A stretch of 64,000 nt of DNA from Gekko japonicus (GCF_001447785.1 NW_015172593.1:236811-300810); one strand, 5' to 3'; counted from the stretch's first letter, positions 1 through 13,007 are shown. The notes: a model not told the origin generated them from the letters alone. Numbers and translations: made by a program.

Positions 1-2373
1 TGAAAACTTATCCTGTGTGTGGTTTTATTCCATATATATTGCAAAAATAGTCTTTGCAATTGTTTTAAAAATGTGGAATTAGTATTGGGATGGCCCGGAA
101 AAAGTACAGAAATTTTGGAAAAATAAATGTTTTTAAAACTTGGATTTTCTCTATCCATGTGATTAGAGGAGATGAGACTTCTTGAGGGAGTTTACTTCGT
201 TTCTTAGCCACTGTTGCGTGATTGTAGTTTATTAGGTCAGTTAAGTTAATCGGAATATTGATTCCTAGGTATTTCCATGTCTGTTTAGTCCAGCAAAAGT
301 TATATTTTTGTTCTATTTGGGATTTTTGTTTTCCATCCAACAAGATTGGGTACAATACAGATTTTTAATTATTCACCGTTAGCCCTGACATGTTTCCATA
401 TTTCTCTAAAGTATTAAGAACTTCGGGTAAGGATGTCTCTGGATTCGTCATAATAATTGCCATATCATCAGCGAATAGGCTAAGTTTTATTTCATGATCG
501 TTCACTTGAATTCCTGATACTTTGGGATTTGATCTAATGGCATTGGCTAATGGTTCGATGGCCAGTGCAAAGAGCAATGGTGATATGGGACACCCTTGAC
601 GTGTGCCTCTGGATAGTGTGAAGCTTGACGAAGTTGTGCCGTTGGTTTGTATTTTAGCAGTGGGTGCTTCATATATAGTAGATATCAGATTTAAAAACTT
701 GGGGCCAAAGTTCATGTGTGTTAACAGAGTTTTGAGATAAATTGTTTCAACTCTATCGAAGGGTTTCTCAAAGTCCAGTGATAGTATGAAGGAAGATTTG
801 ATCTTATGTTGTTTGCAGTATTGGATCGCATTTAAAATTTTCCTGGTGTTATCCGTTATTTCTCTATTTGGTATAAACCCAGTTTGATCGGTATATATAT
901 ATTCTTCAATTATCTTGCTGAGACATTGTTGCGGTGAAAATTTTATAGTCCTGATTTAACAGTGAAATAGGTCTATAAGAGCTAGTGAGTGTCCCATCTC
1001 TGTCAGGTTTAGGGATTAAAATAATATTTGCTGAATTCCAGAACGGGGGCATGATTCCATGTGTTAAAACTTGATTGCAAGTCTTATTTAAGGGTTCAAC
1101 TAATGATGTAGCAAATTTCTTTACAAATTCTCCTGTGAACCCATCATCGCCTGGTGACTTGTTGTTTTTTAATTTTTTAATTGTTGCTTGTATTTCTTCC
1201 TGGGTGTTAGGTTCTTCTAACCATTTTTTGTGTTGTGGTGTTAAGCTGGATTGAAGAGGAAATTGTTGTAAAAATGATCCCATCGAATCTTTCGTAGGAG
1301 TGTCGGATTGATAAAGTGTAGAATAATAATCTAGAAAAGCTTCCGATATTTCCTTAGAAGTATAAAGCATTTGTCCATTTTATTTCTTTATTGCATATAT
1401 AGCGTTTTCTGTGATCTTTTTCTTGTATTTCCAGGCAAGTAATTTAATTGATTGAGGCGATTTAAACCAGTATTTCTGTTTAGTATATGCAATCTGTTTC
1501 TGAATTTGTGGTGTTTCTATAGTCTCTAATTTCTTCCGCTCTAGAAGTAGTGATCTGTAAATACGTTTGCTCCCATGTTTGCTATATTCTACTTCTAGGC
1601 TTTTGATTTTGTTTATCATTTCCTGTTTCAGCTTTTGTTTTTCTTTTCTATAGGAAGAAGCAATTGCGATTAATTTGCCACGGATCACTGCTTTTAAAGA
1701 GTCCCATACAATGTGTTGCGAAACTCCACATTCAGCATTAAATTTCAGATATTATTTAATATCTTTATCTATTGTGTCTGTTATTGATTGCAAAAATAAA
1801 ATTCCAGACATCCACCAGATTAAATTGATGGAAGACTTTATATAGGTCTGTATTGCCCGATGAGGAGGTTTGAGGGTATGGTTTTCCTTGTTTCTTCAGC
1901 AGATTAGATTTGTCTAAAAATTGATTTGATATATAATTTAAGTCACCACCAATCACATATGGATCAGTGCTAAAGGCTGCTAATTTAAATAAAGTATTAC
2001 GTATGAATTCGACTTGGCCTTCATTTGGTGCATATAACGAGACCAATGTTATTGCTTGGCCATTTAGAGCACCATTTAAAAACAAATATCTTCCGGAAGG
2101 ATCATATTCTGTTTTGTTAAGTTGGAATCTTACTGATTTGTGTATTAAAATTGCAACTCCCCTGGACTTGGATGAGCCTTGTGCTTGGTATTGTTTTGAA
2201 AATTTCTGGGAGTTGAAAACTGCATCTTGTTTACCTTTGTGGTGTGTCTCTTGTAAAAATATAATATTAGCATTTTGTCTCAATAACTCTGAAAGCACTC
2301 TCTTCTTCTTGATGGGTGAGTTAAGACCTCTACAATTAAAAGAGAGGTATTTAATTTGTTGTTTAGAAATCAT
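1..2373 (-). mobile_element. L1-clade LINE ORF2 (APE endonuclease + reverse transcriptase), disrupted by frameshifts/stops, runs off the left edge
   Basis: Consecutive minus ORFs: 1765-2373 (SFNCRGLN, IFLQETH, GGDLN = APE endonuclease), 1380-1688, 906-1370 (KSPGDDG, YRPISLLNQDYKI), 365-715 (RGTRQGCPISPLLF, LFADD = RT core), 65-355 (KYLGI). Confidence 0.95.
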
Positions 2374-2789
2374 TATTGGATATATAAAAAAGCCAATTGT
2401 TGAATATATTTAAGTTGTTGCACCTCATGGATATCATCAAAATTATTATATTTTCCATATTGGATTTACTCTCCAAATTTGGGTGTGAAATATAGTCTGT
2501 CTCATCATATGTCTTAACCAATACAAACAATATACAAACAAAAACAAACATTGTTACAAAACTATAACAAAGTCAACTTGTGGACTCTGTCTTCCCTTCC
2601 CTACAGGGTATAAAACTATATAAATCTCCTAATTATATACATAACCAAAATTGTTTGAGGACTAGACAGATGCCCCCCTCTTTTCCCCCTAATGATTAAT
2701 TTAGATAATATTAAATTTAGAACCATATTGATTCAAACTTTAGATTAGTAAACAATATTCCTTTTCCTATAACTATAACTATATATATA

Positions 2790-2923
2790 CCGTGTTTCCC
2801 CGAAAATAAGACACTGTCATATTGATTTCTTCTCAAGAAGACACATTAGGGCTTATACCACAAATGCATAGAAATCCTGCTAGGGCTTATTTTGGGGGTA
2901 GGTCTTATTTTGGGGAAAACAGG
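2790..2923. mobile_element. Tc1/mariner-pogo (Tigger-like) MITE
   Basis: TIRs ccgtgtttccccgaaaataagac / gtcttattttggggaaaacagg, set in TA/TG microsatellite. Confidence 0.7.
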
Positions 2924-3687
2924 GTGTGTGTGTGTGTATGTATATATATATATAGTGGTCAAAGTTAATTTTAGGATGTTTTATCTATTTCAAATAGCAT
3001 ATAAATAGATGCTATATTAAATTCTTTAAAATAGAAACTCCAATGTAAAATCTATAACATCTTTCCAATAGATACTTAATTTCCATCAATGCCATTCAGT
3101 GTTATAATGATGTCAAGCATTATCTTGCCTTATTAAGTAGATATTCAAGCGATTTGGTGATTCACTACTAGATGGTGGTCTAATACAAGTACAACTTAGT
3201 ATATATCATACTGCAGGATATAACTGTTGGATTTTAATAGTCTATTTGTTTAAACAGATATATAATTTGTTGTTAAAATATATAAAAATTAGAACAGTTA
3301 TTTATAAATGAATTTTCGGCCCCGTACCTTGTATGTGTGTTGTATTATAATAGTATAGCATTGTTTGTGCAACACATAAAAATTGATATTACTAAAAATA
3401 ACAATTAAGTACAAAAAAAAAATTAGAGAAGGCGTAAGTGTATTATGCATGGATGCTGTCTGATGTCATGCCGGGGTAGAATTAGGTAACCCATCTTTAA
3501 TTTTTTTAAAAAGCATATGTACCTGTGAGGTATGAGCAATAACAAAAGCCCTTTTCAATTGCTGTTATTTTGGTGCTCCTAACTCACATGCTATGTGAAA
3601 CCCGCACAATCTACACGGTCACCCTTTTGCATGGTTAGTGCATGTATTTTTCTGCTTCAGTATATGAGGAATGAGTGTAGGGGAGGC

Positions 3688-3873
3688 AGCATAGCGTAGC
3701 CCAATCTCATCAGATCTTGGAAGCTAAGTAGGGTAAGTACTTGGACGGGAGACCACCAAGGAAGACTCTGCAGAGGAAGGCAATGGCAAACCACCTCTGC
3801 TTCTCACTTGCCTTGAAAGCCCCTTGCTGGGGTTGCTGTAAGTTAGCTGTGACTTGACAGCACTTTTACACAC
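3688..3873 (+). mobile_element. 5S rRNA-derived SINE with RTE/BovB-like tail
   Basis: Head cccaatctcatcagatcttggaagctaag...tacttggacgggagacc resembles 5S rRNA; tail gaggaaggcaatggcaaaccac...gacttgacagcac; related copies elsewhere in the window. Confidence 0.75.
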
Positions 3874-4989
3874 AGAGGCCTATGAGGAATGAATAGATAT
3901 CATGGCAGTTCCTCATACTCCTATATCTACACTGGACTATCTGTATATATAAGTTGACTACAGGTGTTATAGCTGTGATAATCTTGGGAGTCACCTCAGG
4001 GCTAGGGATTAGAGAAGCGGCTGAACTGGTTCAGCTCCTAGTTCTATGATAATGGTAGGGTTCTTTTTTAAAAAAATGGACTGCTGTCCATTTATATCAC
4101 AACCTGAGCTCTGGGGTGGGTTATGTCTAAAGGAAGAAAGAAAATATGGGGAAATCATGCCCAGGTTCTTCCAAACAGTAAGTCAATTGCCTTGGCACGA
4201 TGCCTCTGCAGGAAATGAAGGGTAAGGGAGAAAAAGCAACAGAAACGATGAACAGATAAGGAACAAAGAAAGCAGGCGCTGTTGTGGCACTCTGGAGCCA
4301 CCAAGAGTCAAAATCACCACAAGCTGAGAGGAGAGAAAGCCATGGAGTGCACACCAAAGCAAATAACTGAAAACCATGGGTGGGGAGAATCTTAACTTTA
4401 AAGAAGTGTGGGTGGGGAAAGTTTCAGGTTTGAAAGCATAAAATGTTAAAATGTACTGGGGGGGGGAAACAGGCAAGCAATTTTATATGTGTGTGAGATA
4501 GATATGGGTCCCCCCCCCTACATGTATTCATTCAAGAATATGAAATAATTTTGCTAGTCTCATTTGCTTCTAGTTCCCCCCCATTACAAAAACATAACAG
4601 AAAATGTGTTTTCCTTGCTCAGCAATGGCACTTAACCATTCCTTGTGTCAGTTTGTGAACCCAGATACCTGCTGTGTTTTCTCTCACATCTTCTCCCCCC
4701 ACCCCCCGCCTTTCCTTCTGTGCCAGCCTATTAAAAGGTTACACCAGTTCTACTATGCCATTGTGCTAGCAGGGAGAACAAATTTGGTCATTTGATTTTG
4801 CGACACATTATCAGCTAAAATCGAAGGCTGGTTTACCAAGCTTCCTAGCCTCTTACAGCTGAATGAGCGGACAGCCCAAATCTTCCCCAAGCACGCAGAA
4901 AATAACCAGGAAACAAAATCTCCAAGACGTGGAGTACTTATAGGGTGGACAACTGCCTAGAAGAAAAATGTCCCATCCTTTTAATACAG

Positions 4990-5262
4990 GCCAGTTTGGT
5001 GTAGTGGTTAAGAGCACGGACTGTAATCTGGGAGAATGGGGTTTGATTCCCCACTCCTCCACATGCAGCTGCTGGTGTGACCTTGGGTCAGTCCTAAGTT
5101 CTTTCAGAGCTGTTCTCTTAAGGGCAGTTTTTGAAACTCTCTCGGCCCCACCTACCTTACAGGGTGTCTGTTGTGGGGAGGGGAAGGGAAAGGGATTATA
5201 AGCCACTTTGAGTCTCCTTTGATTAGTGAAGGGCGGGGTATAAATCCAGTCTCTTCCTCTTC
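4990..5262 (+). mobile_element. tRNA-derived SINE (Squam3-like)
   Basis: A box tggtgtagtggtt, B box ggtttgattccc, shared body and (TCT/CCT)n tail; about 10 copies in the window. Confidence 0.85.
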
Positions 5263-5817
5263 TAATAGGATGTTATTTACTTTCATACCATGAAACACTT
5301 CACTTGTCCATTTTCACCCATTACACCTCTGTGGAAGGGACAGGACAGTTTTCTCCAGGCCTCTTGGCAACTCTGACTACTTAACAAGCACACAGTCTGC
5401 TTCTTAATACTTCCAGCGGGAAGCACCCAAATAAGTAAGAGTCTTGTAGCCCCTTAAAGACTATCAACATTATTCCAATGTAAGCTTTCATGGACTAGAA
5501 CCCAATCCAGTGCATTTCATGGGGGGGCTTAAATTCCCCTCAAACACCGTTCTCTGTGCAAGTGCAGAGAACACACCAACCTCTGGCGGTCAATGGTGGT
5601 GGTGCTGGAGAGCCATGCTGGGTTCAGTGGTGGTGGCAGCACAGCCCGGGTCTCAGTGCTGGCTCTGGCAGTGGTGGTGGGTGGCGGCCACACAGCCCAG
5701 TGCTCCACGCTGAGCCTGGGAGCCACACTGGGCCCTGTGGTGTTGGCTACCCAGCCAAGAACCTGTGCCGCAAATGCAGCCTAGGAGTCGTGCTGGGCAT
5801 GCTGCCGCCAGCGGGGT

Positions 5818-6240
5818 TGCCCAGGAGTGGTCAGGGGCCAACTGGCAGCACAGACGCAGGCTCCGGAGTCACACTGAGTGCAGGCCCAGCGAGAAAGTGA
5901 GGGGGGGATCCCTCCACACACACTTATTGGATACTGATAGTGTTGATATTATTTTGAGTGACTGAGATCTGCTAATCCTACTTCACAGATATTTAGCTTT
6001 ATCCCCTTAATAAACCCCCCCCCCCCTGCCCAGGAGTGGTCAGGGGCCAACTGGCAGCACAGACGCAGGCTCCGGAGTCACACTGAGCGCAGGCCCAGCG
6101 AGAAAGTGGAGAGGGAGGGAATCCCTCCACACACACTTGTTGGATACGGATAGTGTTGATATTATTTTGACTGCTTGAGATCTGCTAATCCCACTTCACA
6201 GATATTTAACTTTATCCCCTTAATAAACTCCCCCCCCCCC
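5818..6240 (+). repeat. Tandem duplication of about 210 bp (5818-6026 and 6027-6240)
   Basis: Both copies start tgcccaggagtggtcagggg and end in a poly-C run; few substitutions. Confidence 0.9.
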
Positions 6241-6346
6241 GATTTCGTTATATCTCTTTTCCTGCAAAGCTGGTAGAGGATCTTCACTGCTTAAAGATCC
6301 CTCCCTACTATTGTGTGTGCGCATGCAAGTGTGGATGACTGCCAAG

Positions 6347-6550
6347 CAGTGTTCCCTCTAAGCTGAGTTAGTGTGAGCGAGCTCAGTTTTTTAGCCTCCG
6401 GCTCACACATTTTTGTCTTAGTTTGGGAAGGATGGCTCCAGAGCAAACTAATTTATGCCGCAGCCAAACCGCTCACTCACAACTTTAATGCCAGCAGCTC
6501 ACAAAGTAGGATTTTTGCTCACAAGACTCCACAACTTAGAGGGAACATTG
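6347..6550 (+). mobile_element. hAT-type MITE
   Basis: TIR cagtgttccctctaag / cttagagggaacattg; 8-bp TSD ctgccaag / ctgcctag; same family at 20821-21026 and 53014-53219. Confidence 0.85.
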
Positions 6551-6932
6551 CTGCCTAGAGTTGNNNNNNNNNNNNNNNNNNNNNNNNCCCCTCCCCCCCC
6601 CCCCCCAATTCTGAATTCCCTTTCCCTCACCCGGAAAATTGGCCTGTAGTCCATAATTGGGATAAAACCGTCACAGGATGCCATCTTGGATCTTTTATTC
6701 TGAATTTAATTTTTTATTAAGTTGTATATTGAATTTTAATATTTGTATATTTTATGGCATTACGCCCCTTTGTACATCACCCAGAACCCGGCATAAGCTG
6801 GGATAGAGCGATTAATAAATCAGATAAATAAGAATAATGAATAATACAAAAATTCCACCTAGAGTTGCTGGATGCCACCACCAATCCCACCCCTCAGAAA
6901 AGACCCACGAGAAAGACATTCCAGTTCAGCTC

Positions 6933-6938
6933 TTTATT
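6933..6938 (-). terminator. Putative JAGN1 polyadenylation signal AATAAA
   Basis: tttatt on plus strand, about 870 bp downstream of the JAGN1 stop. Confidence 0.55.
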
Positions 6939-7807
6939 TGGTACTGAAGCACATAGGAGGGGATGCTGAAATTCAGCGCCTGGGAAAGAGGAGGAGAAGG
7001 TAGCCGCTGTCTCGGGATGGGGGTGGGGACTCTGCTGCCTGAGGAAAAGGGAACTTTTGAACAGGGACGGAGTCCTAAAGCCGCGAGGGTCTGCCTGAGG
7101 ATGCAAAGTGGGTCAGGTTCAGAGACGTGGCCCCAGTCCCACAGACCGGTCCTCTGTGGGCGAGCAAAGAGGAAAAAGCACAGCATGGATGACATCCAGC
7201 TGGAAGCCACTTTCTTCCTGGCTAAAATCAGCAGCTCAAGAGGTCTTCTTCTCCCACAGCAAAGTGGCCCATCCCTGGGGTGGGGAGAATCACGGCACAG
7301 GGGCATGTCTCTCACTGCAGGCCTTGAGCGATCCCTGTTGAGAGTTCCGGGATGAGCACTGGCAAGGTATCCCAGCCTCAACATGAAATATGGTCCCACC
7401 CAACTAGTATCTCACAGGCTACAGCACAGCTAAAGACAATCAGTCTCTTAAACTTGAAGATGCCTTTGCGCGGTCTGGCATCCCACCCACTTATCGTGAT
7501 CTCCCAGCACTTTCAGCTGCATGAGGACAGCATGTTACCTGACAGCATCGGCTGCCTCTCCTTAAGACCGAAGAACCCTTCAATCCCTCCCAAGGAAAGT
7601 TGTCCATACTGTGCTTCTCCCAGGCCTAGCTGGAAGATGCCAAGGTATGGGCTCAACTCTCACTCGGCATGCACAGGACCTCTGGCATCACCCTAGCCAC
7701 TGGGTGGGGATGACAAAGAAACCCATTCTGCCTTCGCCTGAGTCTGGCACCTCCAGCTCCCAGCCCCGAGACGGTGTCCCACATACATGCAGCTCCGAGC
7801 CGGTTCT

Positions 7808-8270
7808 TCATTTCTTCTTCTTCTCCTGTGTGCTGGTGAACCAGGAGTCCAGCAGCTTCTTGCTGTAATAAAGCTGCCAGCCGTGGACCTGCACGGCGAT
7901 CACCACCAGCAAGTACATGACCGAGACGGCGGAGAAGCCAAAGATGAAGCGGTAGGCCTTGCCGTGGCGATAGAGCTGCTGGGCCATGGGGAACATCTCC
8001 ATGCTGCCGTAGATGAGAGGCGCCACCGAGAAGAGGCCCGTACTGATCATGGAGATCACCAGGTAGCTGATGTTGTTTCGGGGGAAGGAGAAGAGGCCGA
8101 AGAGCGAAGGGATGATGCTGAGCAAGTACGGGTACTCCCACTGGTAGGGCATGGCCACCTGGTCGTGGGGCAGCAACTTGAAGTGAGCGACACACATCTG
8201 CGCCGCTACCAGCAGCCACAGCGCCACTTGCATGTAGATCAGCTTCTTAATCTCAGACTTGAGGGACACA
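7808..8270 (-). CDS. JAGN1: Jagunal homolog 1, coding exon 2
   Basis: Acceptor ctacag; translates [13 protein letters not shown]...[11 protein letters not shown]...[15 protein letters not shown] with a C-terminal dilysine ER signal; 89+463 nt = 183 aa plus stop. Confidence 0.97.
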
Positions 8271-8854
8271 CTGTAGGGAGGAGAAAGAGAGGTGACACAG
8301 GACAGCCAAGGGCCAGTGCTGAAGGTGATCGCAAACACTGACTTTTTTAAAAAATAATTTTTTATTGCTTTTTTACTACAAAACTGCAAAGGGAAAGGGA
8401 AATACGGGATAAGGCTAACCAATAACGCATAAAAATACAGTAAGGATCATCACACCTATAAGATTCTTAATAGCCATTTCTATCATTATCGATATAAAGG
8501 AAAGAGAAAAATACAGGAATAAAACTGGCTGCCCTATTTTTAGATTAATAAAGCTAAAACAAATTCATTTCGCCAAATTGAGTACATCATAGTTTCAAAT
8601 ACAAAATAACCTTTCAGAGTTTCATTACATGCATTAATTATCTCCTGTGTTTATTCTTGTCACAAACATTTACTTGTCGTTCTTACGTCTCTGTATTTTA
8701 GCTCTGGTTTTAATGATTTATGTTTTTTAGGGGAGGGTGGGTTTTAGAATGTGATTTTTACTATGTATGTTTTTATTTGTTAGTTGCCTTGGTGGCCCTT
8801 GTGAGGGCAGAAAGGGGGGGATATACATTTTATAAAATAAAAAATTAGTATGGC

Positions 8855-9077
8855 GTCGTGGTGGACTCTGATCTGGAGACCTGGGTTTGATTCTCCACTC
8901 CTCCACATGAAGCCAGCTGGGTGACCTTGGGCCAGCCACAGTTCTCTCAGAGCTCTCTCAGCCCCACCTACCTCACAAGGTGCCTGTTGTGGGGAGAGGA
9001 AGGGAAGGCAACTGTAAGCTACTCCAAGACTTCTTTGGGTAGCTAAAGGCAGGGTATAAAAACTAACTCTTCTTCTG
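8855..9077 (+). mobile_element. tRNA-derived SINE (Squam3-like)
   Basis: Same body as 4990-5262. Confidence 0.75.
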
Positions 9078-9121
9078 ATTATATAAAACATGGTGCTGAT
9101 TATATAAAACATGGTGCCTGC

Positions 9122-9549
9122 TAGAGATGTAAAATTTCCGGAAATTTTGAAGCTCGGGGAAAAAACCGTTTTTTCCGGGGGGAAACGGAAAATTTTGGAA
9201 AAATTGAAAAAATGCTAATTAGCATTTCTTTTGTCTTTTCTAGATTGATTGTTCTTGCATTGGAGGGTTCAGTTTGTAACCTAGGACTTGCTTGTCCTCA
9301 GTGCACAGAAATTAGATCAATCTTATACCATATATATATATATATTAGAAATGATTTGGAAAATATTTGAACACCTTGTCTTAAAATATTTTATTCATAA
9401 TGTTAAAATAAAACATTCCATAATCAATTTTTTTCTTTCTTTTTTTCCAATTTTTCGGAAAAAAACAAAAAGGCTTTAGGAAAAAAACGGGGGGGAAACG
9501 GTTTTTCCCCCAAATTTTTCCGGGTTTTTTCCGGGCCTTCACATCTCTA
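9122..9549. mobile_element. Non-autonomous hAT element in the JAGN1 intron
   Basis: TIR tagagatgt / acatctcta; perfect 8-bp TSD gtgcctgc at 9114-9121 and 9550-9557; subterminal ccggaaa/ttttcc repeats. Confidence 0.85.
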
Positions 9550-10324
9550 GTGCCTGCATAGCAGGCACTAACAGTGCCTTGCTAAGCAGAGGCAAACCCG
9601 TCTAAGGTCACTGAAGTTAATGGGTTTGGAGAGGTGGGACTCTGTTTAGGATTGCATTACAGATCAAAGAGATCCGGTGAAGAGGCACAAGGCCAGGAGC
9701 TCAGAAGACTGAAGCAAGAAGTTAACTTTCCAGATTTTAGACATCATGCTGTGGTCTACAGACTTTCACTTTCTGGAGGAAGAAGATGGATGGGGCACAA
9801 ATGTTTGTAACACAGTAGCTTATCAACCACACTTCCATTGGCAAACAGATGGTACAGTGGAAGACAGGATCTTATCTCGGGTCACTCACAGTGAAATCGT
9901 TAAACCGTCTCCAGTACCACCTCTGAAATCTACTGCCTCATTGTGCTGCATGCATGTGTACACCAAGCCTTGTTTGATGGGCCAGCGGACAATGAAAACT
10001 GTGCACTTTCCACAATAAAACCCACAGCCTGACAAGCCTGTGCTTCAGTAATATTTATAACCAAGCATTCCTGGTGGTGGGAAGTGCCAAGCTGCAGTCG
10101 ACTGACGGCAACCTAGCATGGGGTTTTCAAGGCAAGAGATGAATAAAGACTGTTTGCCTTTGTCTACTTTTGTATAGCGACCCAGGATCTCCTTGGTGGA
10201 TGGTACTAACCAGGGCTGACTCTGCTTAGCTTTCAAGATCTGATGCGATTGGGTTAGTTTGGGCCACTCAGGTCAGGGAAGTCATTTCTACAAAACTTTA
10301 AAGGTGTAAAATGTCTTACTATTC

Positions 10325-10581
10325 TTGGTGTAGTGGTTAGGTGTGCGGACTCTAATCTTGGAGAACCGGGTTTGATTCCCCACTCCTCCACTTGCACCTG
10401 CTGATGTGACCTTGGGTCAGTCACAAGCTCTGGCACAGCTGTCCTTGAAAAAGAGCAGTTTGTGTCAGAGTTCTCTCAGCCCCACCCACCTCATGGGGTG
10501 TCTGTTGTGGGGAGGGGAAGGGAAAGGAGTTTGTAAGCCGCTCTGAGACTCCAAGTGAAGGGCGGGGTGTAAATCCAATCA
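10325..10581 (+). mobile_element. tRNA-derived SINE (Squam3-like)
   Basis: A/B boxes and shared body; nearly identical to the minus copy at 54105-54387. Confidence 0.85.
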
Positions 10582-12212
10582 AAAGTGGAGAGTCCAAGAG
10601 TACCACCAGGATGATGCCAAGGCTTGCACAAACAAAGCAGAGAGCCAAAAAGAGAAAACGATGGAAGCAAGAATATTTTGGCATCAGCCATAAAAGTTGT
10701 ACGGTGCTCTGGTAATCAATGGCTAGTGTACTTCAAAGGACAGTAAAGAAGTGGGATGTCAGCTCTGTTCTAAGGCACACCAGCCTTCGCAGGGAAGATC
10801 AAGTGGCAGCAATCCTGTCTGAGCAGGATGAGCTGCCAATTTTTTCCCCCTGGCAAACCTCCTGTGCAGAATTTCAGTAGACGTTTTCATCTGGGCCCGC
10901 AGATAAACATTCCAGTGGGATAGCCATATTAGTTTGTTAGAGCAAAACCCAAAGGATGACCCGTGGCACCTTAAAAACTTATTGATATATTGTAGCACAG
11001 TTTTGTAGGCTAAAGATAGAGATGCTTACTGCCAGGAAGAAAAAAGTCCTGTCCCTTTAACGGAGGGGGGGGGATGTTAATGGGATGTTAAAAATCTTTG
11101 TCTTTAAAATGACCAGATCTCCAAGTGAAAATTACCAGATGCCCTATCTCACCAATATCCTTCTGCTATTCTTAAATATGCATCTAGAAAACATGCTACT
11201 AAAAAGCATCCTACTGCCTGGCTTGGCGGGGAGGAGGCAGGCACGCAGGGCAGAATGATGTCACATGATACCAGCAACAAACTCATCCCAGGACCCATGC
11301 TGGTCTGCGAAGATCTGACACTCATTTCCTCCAAATTAGCCACTGACCAGGCAATGGAAATGCATATAAGGCAGATCAGAGGCAAAACAACAGGATTTTG
11401 GAAGGCAGAGGGAGGGGAGTGTTAAGATCTCCAGGCCTGCTCCTGAGCGGGTGGGGGGAGAGGGGACGGGAGCGCCACACTCATTCACCTTGTCAGGTGC
11501 AGTGAGCAGCGAGTCAGTTGTGGTCTGCTGCTGCAAAAAATAGACACAGCTGCTCATGCGGGTTAGGGAGGTATAGGAAATATCTGTGTGGGGGCATTGC
11601 CCTCAAATGCCCCTGTAGCTACAAGTTGGAGGAATATGACATTTTTCTGTAGGCCACCTGGCAACTTTAGCTAGAGCCCTTAATTCCAGGTTTATGACAC
11701 GAAACTTCAGACAACTGGCAACCCTGTTAAGAACTAATTCGGAATCCCTTCACTCTCTCCTGTATCACAGACTAAATGAAACTTCAGTCAGTATCTATAC
11801 ACACACAGGTAAAAGAGAAACTGTGAGGTTAAAAGACTCTGAAATACAAGAGGTAGCTTACCAGGCAAGTCTGCCTAACTGACATGACAAGATAAGCCAA
11901 GTGAGCACAGAGAATGACTGCAGCCTCCCTACTCAAGTAATACAATTTAACACCTGAAGTGGCCAAGGAATGTTTCTGTTTTAAGCCCAAGTTTCACTTA
12001 CTGGATGCCACTAATACAAGTACAGAAGCTCTGCCAGGAAAAAAAAGAAGACAACTGGCAACCCTGTTAAGAACGAATTCGGAATCTTTTTCCTCTCCCT
12101 TCACTCTCTCCTGTATCACAGACTAACATGTCATACCGATGAGTTTACATAACTGAAAACGTACAGATGAGCAGCTTGTTTCTCCCCCCCCCCCAGAAAA
12201 AAATCGCAAATA

Positions 12213-12402
12213 AGGCTGCCAACGCTGGGTTGCGGGAAATCCCTGGAGATTTGGGGGCACACCCTTGAAAAGATGGAGTTTGGTGAAGGCCACAGTCTGC
12301 CTTCCAAAGTTGCCATTTTCTCCAGGGGAACTGATCTCTGTAGCCTGGAGATCAGTTGCAATTCCGGGGGAACGCCATGCCCCACCTGTAGGTTGGCAAC
12401 CC
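12213..12402. mobile_element. Short DNA-transposon-derived repeat (ggttgccaac...ttggcaaccct family)
   Basis: Inverted ends and shared body with 31497-31698, 49920-50120 and 55522-55712. Confidence 0.6.
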
Positions 12403-12483
12403 TTGTGGAGGGACGAAGTAACCAACCCGCGCCGTGCAGGTATTAGCGCCCCAAACGCACCCTGCCCGCTCTCTCGCCCCCAC

Positions 12484-12572
12484 CTCATCTGGAAATGCTC
12501 GGCCACACGCTCCCGGTGTCGGAAATCGCTGCCATCCGTCCCCGTGGCGCGGGGTCCCGCGCGGGAAGCCAT
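12484..12572 (-). CDS. JAGN1: Jagunal homolog 1, coding exon 1
   Basis: [29 protein letters not shown] followed by donor AG|gtgggg; phase matches exon 2. Confidence 0.97.
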
Positions 12573-12900
12573 CTTCCACGAAGGGCGGAAATCCAGAGGC
12601 AAGGAACGGAGAAAGCCCAGGCGCGCATGCGTAAAAGCCCGCTCACGCTTTCCCTCTACGGCCCATCAACCTTTCTATTGGCGCGTTCTCTATACCTTCG
12701 GAGAGTACAACTCTATGGTTAACGAAGGCGTTGATCTGACGAGCGTTGCTGTGATCAGTGACTCTACAGTTTTCCCTCAAGGTGGCGCCAGACAATTTAG
12801 GTTTAGGGAAATATCCCAATAGGCACAGAAATACAGAAGTAGCCGTTCTTCCTTCCCCTCCTCTGCTCCCATTGGCTCTCGTGTGCTCGCGCGTGTCGGA
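12573..12900. promoter_or_regulatory. CpG-rich bidirectional promoter shared by JAGN1 and RPUSD3
   Basis: Divergent ATGs; NRF1-like gcgcgcatgcgt at 12621-12632; CCAAT boxes at 12677, 12816 and 12871; YY1-like AAGATGGC overlapping the JAGN1 ATG. Confidence 0.8.
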
Positions 12901-13007
12901 ATGGAACCCTCTGCTTGTTTCAGGCCGGTCTCGATGCTTCGTAACGTTCCATGGGGCTTAATCTGCGGGCAGGGGAGATCTCGAGCGCCCTTCAGTGCAC
13001 GTGCCTG
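12901..13007 (+). CDS. RPUSD3: RPUSD3 exon 1 (Arg-rich, mitochondrial-presequence-like)
   Basis: MEPSACFRPVSMLRNVPWGLICGQGRSRAPFSARAW; donor TG|gtaaga, phase 2 matching exon 2. Confidence 0.75.

Noticed and set aside
4127-4960. Hydrophobic minus-strand segments that might be a signal-peptide exon of IL17RE, the expected next gene
   Set aside because: No convincing ATG-plus-donor combination and no recognisable homology.
4990-5062. tRNA gene
   Set aside because: A/B boxes continue into a shared SINE body repeated about 10 times, and no clean cloverleaf is evident.
7653-8341. Overlapping 188-aa and 184-aa ORFs in other frames over JAGN1 exon 2
   Set aside because: Shadow ORFs of GC3-rich coding sequence, with no recognisable domain.
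7808-8422. JAGN1 as a single-exon 204-aa ORF
   Set aside because: The first ~50 residues are intronic. The true N-terminus is exon 1 at 12484-12572, with matching splice phase.
9746-10018. FHFLEEEDG resembling the CIDE-N motif LVLEEDGT (possible CIDEC remnant)
   Set aside because: The match is only a few residues, flanking residues do not align, and no other CIDEC exon is recognisable.
12123-12822. 159-aa and 185-aa ORFs across the JAGN1 promoter
   Set aside because: Composites of JAGN1 exon 1, an intronic transposon and CpG-island sequence.
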